NCBI GenBank assembly: GCA_041494445.1
Contig: JBGQAU010000003.1
Location: 1,018-65,017, forward strand
Direction of reading: 5' to 3'
Origin: Acidobacteriota bacterium
Lineage (GTDB): Bacteria > Acidobacteriota > Polarisedimenticolia > Polarisedimenticolales > JAIQFR01
DNA: 64,000 nucleotides
In this document: piece after piece, positions 48,927 to 57,652 of the stretch
Layout of the letters: each line of letters opens with the position of its first letter
Position numbering within the stretch: the stretch's first letter is position 1
The notes under the pieces: model-generated
Told to the model about the DNA's origin: nothing
Databases searched by the model: none
Seen by the model: the letters and a program-made list of their open reading frames with translations, nothing else
Translations under genes and position numbers: made by a program

Positions 48927-50594
48927 ATGAGTCGATTCACTTCTTGGAAGGCCGCGGCACCCGTCGTACTGGCCCTGGTGGCTCTGTTGAGCGCGGGAAC
49001 CGCGCTGGCGGCGGCGCCGGACACGGGCGACGCGTACTCGATCACTCTGCCCGGCATTTCCGCGGCACCCGCCAGCCACTCGATCCAGAACGAGGCGAGC
49101 TTCGGGCTCATCGAGAACGAGTACGACTTCTTCTTCATGCCCTGGGAGCTGGCCGACATCCAGTTCGACAGGACGCGCTATCTTGGAAACCATCACGCGG
49201 ACGAGACGGGCGCGTTGGGCACACTGCTCTGGACGCAGTTGTCCAACAACGGAAGCGTCGGCAGCAATTACGGGGGCGTTGAAGGGCAGGACGCGTTCAG
49301 CGCCGGCTTCCTCAGCAATCTTTGGGGCGGCCGCTTCGGGGTGAACCTCGGCTACCTGAACGGGAAGTACCAGCCGACGACCGTGTATCATGACATTCAA
49401 ACGACGGCTCCGACGTCGACGGCCTACAGCACGGGCAGCTCGGACCAGCTCGACGCCTACGATCTCTATCTCACGTACGGAAGGGCGGCGGGCAAGGCCA
49501 TGCAGTGGGGCGTCGGCCTGACGCTTCGGAATGCCACGGGAAAGCAGAACCCGTTCGATCAGACTCTGGATAGCAGTGGAAATACCATTCCTTATGATGC
49601 GTATTCCGAGAAGGACACCGCCTCGAACATCGTCCTCGTCGGCGGCGTCAAGTTCAAGCCCAAGCAGGACCTCAGCTTCTCCGTGTTCGCCGAGGTGGGG
49701 ATACCGGAATACAAGCGCGACGCGGCGTACCGTGAACGATTCCCGCTGACCTATGCGGAGCTGACCGGCGATGCTATCTACCCGTATAGGGTGTCCGAAA
49801 ACACGCGCGACAAGCTCGACGGCACGACCTACAAGATCGGCGGCCGTTTCAACTTGTACAAGGAAGACACGGACTGGCAGTTCGACCTCGCGTACAGCAA
49901 CGAGAGCCTCGAGTACAAGCCGTTCTTCGGCGACCGGGGGAGCTCTTCCGTGGCTGGGGACCCGCCAGTGCTGACGTGGAGCCACCTCGACAGCGCCAAC
50001 AACTTCATCAACGAATGGAACCTCACGAAGAAGGACGTCAAGAACGATGCCCTGATGCTCGACGCCCATATGGCCCACCGGCTCGGCCAGGCCGACCTTT
50101 ACGCCGGTCTGTCGATTTCCACCATGTCCTCGAAAATCGACTTCGAGGATGCCGGCAGGATCCAGTGGCAGCCTTGGTCTTCCCCTCCCTACTCGGATCC
50201 CGCCGTCGCGGCCCTGGCCGCGCGCAGCTACTACAAGTGGGAGACCACGAGTTACTCGCCGTACGTCGCGACCCGTATTCCGATCAACAACTGGCTGGCC
50301 ATCATCGGCGGAGCGGGTTGGACGCACACCGACGAGAAGGTTACCGATGACCCGTCGCACTACACGCAGATCAACTCCGGGTTCGAGATCTGGAACGACG
50401 GCTCGTACAGCTGGCAAACGTACGTGACCAAGTCGTCGTGGTCCAATGCGACAACGAGGCTGGGCGCCCAGATCCTCTTCAAGCAGGTGGCGCTCGACAT
50501 CATGTGGGAGCACGGCGGCTACGGGTCGGGTCGCCAGACCGTCGACAACAGTCGCCTCATCTACGGCGCCACATTCAAGCTCGGTCGCAGCTGA
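48927..50594 (+). CDS. Putative outer-membrane beta-barrel protein, function unknown
   Basis: Strong SD (GGGAGGAGGAGGA) and signal peptide (VVLALVALLSAGTALAAAP). It is rich in Tyr/Gly/Asn/Ser/Thr with alternating strand-like patterns, and lower in GC than its neighbours. It is followed by a canonical terminator. Confidence 0.6.
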   Translation: MSRFTSWKAAAPVVLALVALLSAGTALAAAPDTGDAYSITLPGISAAPASHSIQNEASFGLIENEYDFFFMPWELADIQFDRTRYLGNHHADETGALGTLLWTQLSNNGSVGSNYGGVEGQDAFSAGFLSNLWGGRFGVNLGYLNGKYQPTTVYHDIQTTAPTSTAYSTGSSDQLDAYDLYLTYGRAAGKAMQWGVGLTLRNATGKQNPFDQTLDSSGNTIPYDAYSEKDTASNIVLVGGVKFKPKQDLSFSVFAEVGIPEYKRDAAYRERFPLTYAELTGDAIYPYRVSENTRDKLDGTTYKIGGRFNLYKEDTDWQFDLAYSNESLEYKPFFGDRGSSSVAGDPPVLTWSHLDSANNFINEWNLTKKDVKNDALMLDAHMAHRLGQADLYAGLSISTMSSKIDFEDAGRIQWQPWSSPPYSDPAVAALAARSYYKWETTSYSPYVATRIPINNWLAIIGGAGWTHTDEKVTDDPSHYTQINSGFEIWNDGSYSWQTYVTKSSWSNATTRLGAQILFKQVALDIMWEHGGYGSGRQTVDNSRLIYGATFKLGRS

Positions 50595-50614
50595 TTCGAG
50601 CCGTCATCGCTCGC

Positions 50615-50648
50615 GAAACCCCCGCGCCCCGCGCGGGGGTTTCTTTTT
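50615..50648 (+). terminator. Rho-independent terminator
   Basis: GAAACCCCCGCG, a 5-nt loop, CGCGGGGGTTTC (12-bp stem), then TTTTT. It lies between convergent genes and could act bidirectionally. Confidence 0.85.
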
Positions 50649-50676
50649 GCGGGCTCGAGGCGCAAGAGGGCTCCGG

Positions 50677-52269
50677 CTACCGCGCCTTGAGCTCGAAGAC
50701 CCAGAAGACCGCTCCGTCCTCGAATCGGATCGGGCTCAGGCCGTAGCCGCCGTCCGCGCGGAGCCGCTCGAGGAGGTCCCGATCCATGGGCGCGGCCGCG
50801 AGGACCTCCGGCCGCCTCGGCACGAGATCGGCCCTGCCATCCCCCGCCTCGAAATACCCCCGGTTGGGCACGATCAGCCTGGGTCTCCGTGACAGGACGT
50901 AGGCGTTGTCCCACTTCATGAGCACGCCGGGCGCTCGTTCGAGGAACGGACGGCGCGCGATATGGCGGTCGTTGAGGCCGTACATGTCGATCGTGGGAAG
51001 GCCGGAGTAGTACGGGATCGCCCCGGCCGACGCCACGGCGATCCAGGTGCTGGGATCCATCGTTCGCGCGAGGTAGCGTCCGAGGCGGACGTTCCCCTCC
51101 TGGTAGACGAGCATCCCCTCGTTCATCGCGGGGAGAAGCTCGTGGCGCAAGGTCCACATCGAGACCGAGGCCGTCAGCGCCACCGCGAGCACCCCCAACC
51201 CGCGGAGGATCGTGGCCGTCCCACGTTTCGCCTCGCCCCCGAGGAACAGGAGGCCGACGAGGAACGCCATCGGCGCGAGGACGGGAACGTAGAAGCGGTG
51301 GATCCTCAGGCTGTCGTCGCCGACGGTCACGACGTAGAGAAGGTGCAGGGCGATCGCGCCGCCCATGATGGCCGCCGGCCTGCGGCTCGCGCGGCCCATG
51401 AATCCCGTGCCGGCCCCGACCGCGGAGGCCAGGAGCCACCCGAGGTGAGCGGGATTCCGAACAAAGAGGGAGAGCCCGTGCAGCCCCTGCAACCACATCC
51501 GGACTCCCCCGCCCGTCTTCACGTAGTAGGTGTTCGGGAACGGCGCGGCGTAGTACGCGAGCCGAAACAAGAAATGCGCGGCGAGCACGAGACCGGGAAG
51601 CGCGTACGAGCGGAGGGCTCGCCACCTGTCCGACCGCGCCGACATCGCGACCGGGAGGAAACCGAGGACCCAGAACAGGAGGCCCTCGGGACGGGTCAGG
51701 GCGGCGGCCACGAGCGCGAGCGAAGTCCAGGAGATCTGCCGCCCGGTCGGGCTCTCCGTTGAGAGCCTCGCGAGACCCACGAACAGCAGCAGGGCGTAAG
51801 CGACCGTCTCGAGTCCGGCGACCGTCCAGATCTGGAGCACGAAGCTCGTGCCGAGAAGGACCGTGGCCGTCGCGGCCCCCCAGTCGAGGGCTCCGGCCCT
51901 GCGGAGCGAAAGGTAGAGCGCGAGAAGGAGCATCCCCGCCGACGCGCAGCCGAGCGCCTTGGACGCCGGCACGGGGTCGAGGCCCGCGCCGATGGCGGCC
52001 GCCGTCAGCAGCAGCCACGCCGGGGAGGTGTAGCCCTCGACGCGCTCCCCCGGGTTGTAATTCGGTCCGGCGCCGACGACGAGGTTCCGCGCGTAGCGGA
52101 AAACGATGAACGCGTCGTCCACGGTTCGCGGCCACCAGAGGACGCAGCCGTACGCCAGCGCGGCGAACGCCAGCGCCAGCAGGCAGGCCACGGCCCACCT
52201 GCGGCGTCCGGCGAGCGGGGTCCCCGGATGCAGCGATCGAGTCGTCGGGAATCCGCTCGCCTGGGGCAT
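50677..52269 (-). CDS. Polytopic membrane protein, GT-C-like glycosyltransferase candidate
   Basis: The start was chosen at the internal ATG (52269), which avoids overlap with the upstream stop. The first-loop motif is RTVDDAFIVFRYARNLVVGAGPNYNPGERVEGYTSPAW. More than 10 hydrophobic segments and a C-terminal soluble domain. Confidence 0.65.
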   Translation of the reverse strand: MPQASGFPTTRSLHPGTPLAGRRRWAVACLLALAFAALAYGCVLWWPRTVDDAFIVFRYARNLVVGAGPNYNPGERVEGYTSPAWLLLTAAAIGAGLDPVPASKALGCASAGMLLLALYLSLRRAGALDWGAATATVLLGTSFVLQIWTVAGLETVAYALLLFVGLARLSTESPTGRQISWTSLALVAAALTRPEGLLFWVLGFLPVAMSARSDRWRALRSYALPGLVLAAHFLFRLAYYAAPFPNTYYVKTGGGVRMWLQGLHGLSLFVRNPAHLGWLLASAVGAGTGFMGRASRRPAAIMGGAIALHLLYVVTVGDDSLRIHRFYVPVLAPMAFLVGLLFLGGEAKRGTATILRGLGVLAVALTASVSMWTLRHELLPAMNEGMLVYQEGNVRLGRYLARTMDPSTWIAVASAGAIPYYSGLPTIDMYGLNDRHIARRPFLERAPGVLMKWDNAYVLSRRPRLIVPNRGYFEAGDGRADLVPRRPEVLAAAPMDRDLLERLRADGGYGLSPIRFEDGAVFWVFELKAR

Positions 52270-52285
52270 GAGCGTCCGGACTCGT

Positions 52286-54481
52286 CTACGGCGCTTTCTG
52301 CGCCAGCCGGTCCAGGAGACGTCGGGTCTCCGGCTGGCGCGGATCGAGAGCAAGCGACTTCTCGAAAGCCCGGCGAGCTTCGTCCCCGCGGCCCGCCGCG
52401 GCGAGCGCCCTTCCGTAGAGCGCCTGGTTCTCGGCCGTGGCCGGGCTCTTCCGCAGGAGCCGCTCGATCAGCTCCACGGCGCGGGCGGGGCGCCCGAGCC
52501 GAAGCTCCATGGCCGCGGCCCGATCGAGGACCGCCGGTAGATCCGGCTCGATGCGCAGCGCCTCCTCGTAGCGGGCGGCGGCTTCATCGAGGCGATTCTC
52601 CTCCACGGCCACGTCGCCCAGGCCGGCGCAGCCCAGCGCCCGGTCCGCCGGGCTGTCCGCCCATTGGCGCGCGACGTCCAGCAGCCGACGCGCCTCGGCG
52701 TGATCCCCGCGCCGCAGGAGAGCCAGGCCGAGGCCCAGAGACACCCTGCCGTTCGACGGGTCCCGCGCGAGCGCCGCCTTCAGCACGCGGATCCCGTCGT
52801 TCTCGCGGCCCGCGCCCACGTACGCCTCCCCGAGGCGGTCCGCGTAGGTCCCACCGACGCGGGGATCGAGCTTGGCGGCCTTCTCCAGGAAGGGAACCGC
52901 CGATCTCGCGTCGCCGTCCGCGAGGAGGACGAGCCCCTCGCCGAGGAAGCCCAGGGCGAACGCGGGCGCGTCGTGCTGAAGGGCTCTGAGAGTCCGGAGC
53001 GCCTCCTCGCGCTTGCCCGAGTTGGCAAGGATGACGGCCTTGTTGAACCGGTTCAGGAGCACGCCCTCCTGCCCGCGGGCCGCGGCGGCTCCTCCCCCGT
53101 CCGAGCGCGGCGAGCCCTCGCCGGGCGACCCGCCGATGTAACCCAGCGCGCGAAGCTTCGCGATCTGCTCGTCCGACGACGCCTCCGCCGGCCCGGGCAT
53201 CTCCCTCGGCCCCGCCGCCTCGTAGTCCTCCACCCTCCGCACCGTCTGCGCCAGGATCTCCCGCGGGAACGCCTCGTCGAGGGGCCTCCCCTTGAGCGTG
53301 GCCGCCAGCGGCAGACCCGCGAGACGGCACAGGGTCGGCAGCACGTCATAGGCCGTCGCCCCCTGCAGGGTCGCGCCGGGCTTCACTCCCCGCCCCCACA
53401 GCAGCAGCATCCCGTCCGGCCGGTGCCACAGGGGAGCCTGGTTGGCGTGCACCGTCACCGCCGGTGTCCTCGGACGGCGCGCTCCCGTCTTGAAGCCGTG
53501 GTCCGACATCACCATGACCGTCGTCTTCGCCGGGTCGACCCGCGACACGAGCTCTCCCACGATCGCGTCCATCTGCTCGTAATACCGGTCGAACGCCTCC
53601 CCGAGGTGCCGGGCGGACTCGGCGTCCACCCCGGGAAGCGGAGGAGGCGCGAACTGGGCGAAGAGGTGCCCCACCGAATCGGTCCCCTCGAAGTACACCG
53701 CCGAGATCGCGGGGTCGTATCGCTCCATGAGGAGGGGAGTCAGGCGCCGGTACAGCTCCGTGGTGCGCAGGATGTCGAGGAACGTCTTGTAGGTCTCCTG
53801 CCGGATCCGGACCGTGGCGCCGCCGCCCTCGCCTCTCTTGAAGAACCGCGCCACGGCCCGGTCGCCGACCTCCCGCTCCACCTGGGCGCGCAGGGCCTCG
53901 ATCTCCGGCAGCAGCGAATCGGGATACGCGAGTCCCGTGGCGACGCCCCCCGCCGTCCCGGCGACCTGGTGCGTTCCCAACCGGTCCGACACCAGGTACC
54001 CGTCGACCCGCTCCGCCGGCCAGGTCGCGTACCAGCCGACGACCCCGACCTTGATCCCGAGATCGCTCGCCACGTTCCAGAACGCGCGGACCTTCCGCTC
54101 GTCCGAGCGAACGGGCTGCGTCGCGTCTCCCTGCGAGGTGAGGAATCCGAAGATCCCATGATCCGTGGCGGGCCGGCCGGTCGCGATCGTCGTCCAAATG
54201 ACGGGCGACAGCAACGGCTCCTCGACGTGGAGCACGCCCGAAGCTCCCTCGCGCTCGAGCCGGGCGAGGTTGGGAAGGCGGCTCTGGGACGAGAGCCGAT
54301 GGATGATCTCCCAGTCGGCCCCGTCGAGTCCGATGAGCAGCACCCTGCACCCGCCGAACACGGGCTTTGCGGGGGGATTCGATCCGGCGGGCTGCGAACC
54401 GGAACTGCCGCAGCCGGCGAGGAGCATGAGCCAGGCGCACCCGACCGCCACGCCTCGGCGGAACCCGCTCGACGGTGACAT
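52286..54481 (-). CDS. Lipoprotein: alkaline-phosphatase-superfamily (type I phosphodiesterase/nucleotide pyrophosphatase-like) domain + C-terminal TPR repeats
   Basis: The lipobox is LMLLAGC. Matches include VLLIGLDGADWE…SPVIWTTIATG…HGIFGF and DSVGH…VMSDHGF. The C-terminal third consists of TPR-like repeats. Confidence 0.8.
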   Translation of the reverse strand: MSPSSGFRRGVAVGCAWLMLLAGCGSSGSQPAGSNPPAKPVFGGCRVLLIGLDGADWEIIHRLSSQSRLPNLARLEREGASGVLHVEEPLLSPVIWTTIATGRPATDHGIFGFLTSQGDATQPVRSDERKVRAFWNVASDLGIKVGVVGWYATWPAERVDGYLVSDRLGTHQVAGTAGGVATGLAYPDSLLPEIEALRAQVEREVGDRAVARFFKRGEGGGATVRIRQETYKTFLDILRTTELYRRLTPLLMERYDPAISAVYFEGTDSVGHLFAQFAPPPLPGVDAESARHLGEAFDRYYEQMDAIVGELVSRVDPAKTTVMVMSDHGFKTGARRPRTPAVTVHANQAPLWHRPDGMLLLWGRGVKPGATLQGATAYDVLPTLCRLAGLPLAATLKGRPLDEAFPREILAQTVRRVEDYEAAGPREMPGPAEASSDEQIAKLRALGYIGGSPGEGSPRSDGGGAAAARGQEGVLLNRFNKAVILANSGKREEALRTLRALQHDAPAFALGFLGEGLVLLADGDARSAVPFLEKAAKLDPRVGGTYADRLGEAYVGAGRENDGIRVLKAALARDPSNGRVSLGLGLALLRRGDHAEARRLLDVARQWADSPADRALGCAGLGDVAVEENRLDEAAARYEEALRIEPDLPAVLDRAAAMELRLGRPARAVELIERLLRKSPATAENQALYGRALAAAGRGDEARRAFEKSLALDPRQPETRRLLDRLAQKAP

Positions 54482-54571
54482 ATCCTTGCAAGTCTAGCAC
54501 GATGAAACGTTGTCCTTCCTCCCGCTTCCTCCTGCATAATCGGCGGCGTCTCTTCGAGGAGAGGCCCGCCC

Positions 54572-55282
54572 ATGAAGCCGAACTGGTGCCTGCTTTGCGG
54601 ATCCCGGCACGCGCCGCGCCGAACCGATTGCGCCGGCGAGATCCTCGCGACCGCACCCGAGCGGCACGGATGGAGGGTCACGGTGGAGTCCCCGAGCCGG
54701 GTCGAGGCGTATGGTGTCCTCGTGGCGCCCTGCGGCGACCGTTGGAGGGCCCGGATCCTGACGTACCCCAACGTCCTCTGGACCATCCCCGGGGGCGCGG
54801 TGTCGATGAAGTTCCTCGCCCCGACACCCCGCGAGGCCGAACAAGCCGCGGTCGCTTTCATCGAGAAGCACATCTCGAGAACGGGGATCTCCCGGCGCGA
54901 CGCTCTCGATCCGGTCCAGGTCGGCCCGTTCCCGCCGGAGGACCGCGCCGACGGTCGGCCCGTGGCCGCCCGCAGGACCCGCGGAGCGCCCGCGCGGAGG
55001 AAGGTGCGGACGATTCCCCTCCGCTTCGGCCCGTCGAAGCCGGAGCGGAGAGCCGTCACGGCGAACCTCTCGGAGACGGGCCTCTTCGTCGTCACCGACG
55101 ATCCCCTGCGCCGCGGAAGCCCCGTCGAGATCGAGCTCGAGACCGAGGCGTACTCGGTAAGGGTCAGCGGAACCGTGCTCTGGAACCGGCGCAAGCCGGA
55201 ACTCGGCCGGCTCGCGGGGATGGGGATCCGTCTCGAACCCGTGCCGGCTCTCTACACGCAGTACGTCCGCCAGATTCCCTGA
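54572..55282 (+). CDS. PilZ-domain protein with novel N-terminal domain
   Basis: The C-terminal half carries RRKVR (RxxxR) followed by NLSETG (D/N-x-S-x-x-G), which are c-di-GMP-binding PilZ motifs. The N-terminal domain of about 110 aa contains CLLCG…DC. Confidence 0.7.
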   Translation: MKPNWCLLCGSRHAPRRTDCAGEILATAPERHGWRVTVESPSRVEAYGVLVAPCGDRWRARILTYPNVLWTIPGGAVSMKFLAPTPREAEQAAVAFIEKHISRTGISRRDALDPVQVGPFPPEDRADGRPVAARRTRGAPARRKVRTIPLRFGPSKPERRAVTANLSETGLFVVTDDPLRRGSPVEIELETEAYSVRVSGTVLWNRRKPELGRLAGMGIRLEPVPALYTQYVRQIP

Positions 55283-55440
55283 CGACGAGGCAGGCATCCC
55301 CGATTCCGATGCAAACCCAGCATCGGAGGCCCTCGGGCCGCCTGCCCCGGGCACGGAGTTGCCGGTCGCCGCGTCGGACGGAGCCGGAGGAAGAACGGGA
55401 GCCCCCTCCCGGCCCCGTAGCGGCCGTGTATCCTTACCGG

Positions 55441-57609
55441 ATGCCGCGCTTCGACACGACCGGCGTCGGGCTGGCCGCCTCGGCGGTCCTCGCCGTGCTG
55501 GTCCTAGCGGCGTTCTGGCCGGTCCTCGATGCCGGCTTCCTGAATTACGACGACCCCCTCTACGTCACGCGGAACTTCCACGTCAGGCAGGGGCTCACCC
55601 TCGAGGGCGCGCGATGGGCGCTGACCTCGTTCCACGCGGCCAACTGGCATCCGCTCACCTGGATCTCCCACATGCTGGATTGGCAGATCCACGGCGGGAA
55701 CCCCGCGGGGCATCACCTCACGAGCCTCGTTCTCCACCTCGCCAACACGCTGCTGTTGTTCTTCCTGCTCGCGCGGTTGACCGGCTCCGCCGGTAAGAGC
55801 TTCGCTGCCGCCGCGCTGTTCGGAGTGCATCCGCTCCACGTCCAATCGGTCGCATGGATCGCCGAGCGCAAGGACGTCCTGAGCACGCTGTTCTGGCTGC
55901 TGACGACCTGGGCTTACGTCGGCTGGGTCCGCGCGCCGCGCCTCTCGAGATATGCAACCGTCCTCGCGCTGTTCGCCCTGGGGCTCGCCGCGAAGCCGAT
56001 GCTCGTGACGCTCCCGCTGACGCTCCTGCTGCTCGACCAGTGGCCGCTTGGACGGACCGATGCGCTCGATCCGGATGCAACGGGATCGCCCTCGCGTGGC
56101 CGGCTGGTCTTGGAGAAGATCCCACTCCTCGGAATGGCCGCCGGCTCGGCGATCCTGACGGTGATCGCGCAGCGCGCGGGCGATGCGGTCCAGCCGATGA
56201 CGAGTTACCCGCTGCTTCTGCGCGTTTCCAACGCGGTGGTGTCCTCGATGTCCTACCTCGTGAAGACCCTCTGGCCGCGAGGGCTTGCCGTGTTCTACCC
56301 CCACCCCCGGTACGGCCTGCCGGTCTGGGAAGTGGTGGTGTCGGCGATCCTCCTCGTCGTGCTCACCACGCTGGCGATTCGCGCACGTCGGAGCCGCCCC
56401 TACCTGTTGTTCGGGTGGCTCTGGTACCTCGTGACGCTCCTGCCGGTGATCGGTCTCGTGCAGGTGGGCGAACAGGCGAGGGCCGACCGGTACACCTACG
56501 TGCCACTCATCGGGATCTTCGTGATCTGCGCCTGGGGGATCCCGGACGCCCTGGGCGCTTTCGGCGCGCGTTTCCCGCGCGGCCCCGGCGCGTGGATCCG
56601 AGATCGCGCCGGACGCGGAGGCGTGGCCGCGTTGACGGCGCTCCTGCTCGCGGCCTTCGTCCTCGACACGCGCGGCGAGGCGAGGCTGTGGCACGATCCG
56701 ATATCGCTCTTCGAGCACGCGATCGCGGTGACCCGGGACAACGAAATCGCCCATAACAGCCTCGGCGTCGCCGTTGCCGCGAAGGGCAGGAGGGAAGAAG
56801 CGATCCGGCACTTCGTCGAGGCGATCCGGATCGATCCGGGCTTCGCCGAGGCCTACAACAACATCGGGATCGTCCTGGCCGAGCAGGGGAAAGCGCGGGA
56901 AGCGATCGAGTACTACCGCAAGGCTCTCCAAGTCGCCCCGGGCTACGCGGACGCGCTGAGCGATCTGGGCGTGGCGCTCTGGGCCACGGGACAGCAGGAC
57001 GAAGCGATCGACGCGTACCGTCGCGCCCTCGATCGGGCACCGGATCACGCCGACGCCCACAACAACCTCGGCGTGGCGCTCGAGAAGAAGGGGCGACTCG
57101 CCGAGGCGGTCGAGCACTACGAAGCTTCCCTGCGCTACGGCGGCGACTCCGCGCGCACGCACAACAACCTGGGTCGCGCCCTCTGCGACCTGAAACGCTA
57201 CGGAGAGGCCATCCCGCACTTCGAGCAGTCCCTGCGGATCGATCCCGCCGTTCACGAGGTCCACAACAACCTGGGGATCGCGCTGATGGGGCTTGGGCGG
57301 CTGGACGAGGCGATCGGAGCCTACGAGCGGGCGGCCCGGCTCGCGCCGAACTACGTCGAGGCCCTCAGCAACCTCGGCACCGCGCTCACGCAGCAGGGAC
57401 GGATCCGCGACGCACTGGTGCGCTTCGACGACGCGATCCGGATCCAACCCGATTACGGCAAGGCTCACTACAACCGCGCGGTGGCCCTCTACCTCGCCGC
57501 GCGGTACGCCGAGGCGTGGGAATCGATCGACCGGGCGCGGCGGTCCAACCTCGAGCCCCCGGCGCAGTTCATCCGGATGCTGACGGCAAAGATGCCGCCG
57601 CCGGGGTGA
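55441..57609 (+). CDS. PMT/TMTC-like membrane glycosyltransferase (GT-C) fused to TPR repeats
   Basis: The N-terminal region has about 10 TM helices with a loop-1 motif FLNYDDPLYV and then ANWHPLTWISHMLDW. The C-terminus has about 8 canonical TPR repeats (AEAYNNIGIVLAEQGKAREAIEYYRKALQVAPGY…). Confidence 0.8.
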   Translation: MPRFDTTGVGLAASAVLAVLVLAAFWPVLDAGFLNYDDPLYVTRNFHVRQGLTLEGARWALTSFHAANWHPLTWISHMLDWQIHGGNPAGHHLTSLVLHLANTLLLFFLLARLTGSAGKSFAAAALFGVHPLHVQSVAWIAERKDVLSTLFWLLTTWAYVGWVRAPRLSRYATVLALFALGLAAKPMLVTLPLTLLLLDQWPLGRTDALDPDATGSPSRGRLVLEKIPLLGMAAGSAILTVIAQRAGDAVQPMTSYPLLLRVSNAVVSSMSYLVKTLWPRGLAVFYPHPRYGLPVWEVVVSAILLVVLTTLAIRARRSRPYLLFGWLWYLVTLLPVIGLVQVGEQARADRYTYVPLIGIFVICAWGIPDALGAFGARFPRGPGAWIRDRAGRGGVAALTALLLAAFVLDTRGEARLWHDPISLFEHAIAVTRDNEIAHNSLGVAVAAKGRREEAIRHFVEAIRIDPGFAEAYNNIGIVLAEQGKAREAIEYYRKALQVAPGYADALSDLGVALWATGQQDEAIDAYRRALDRAPDHADAHNNLGVALEKKGRLAEAVEHYEASLRYGGDSARTHNNLGRALCDLKRYGEAIPHFEQSLRIDPAVHEVHNNLGIALMGLGRLDEAIGAYERAARLAPNYVEALSNLGTALTQQGRIRDALVRFDDAIRIQPDYGKAHYNRAVALYLAARYAEAWESIDRARRSNLEPPAQFIRMLTAKMPPPG

Positions 57610-57652
57610 GGCCGGCCGAGCGCGCCCCGGCTCGGCGACCGTGCGCTTTTCG

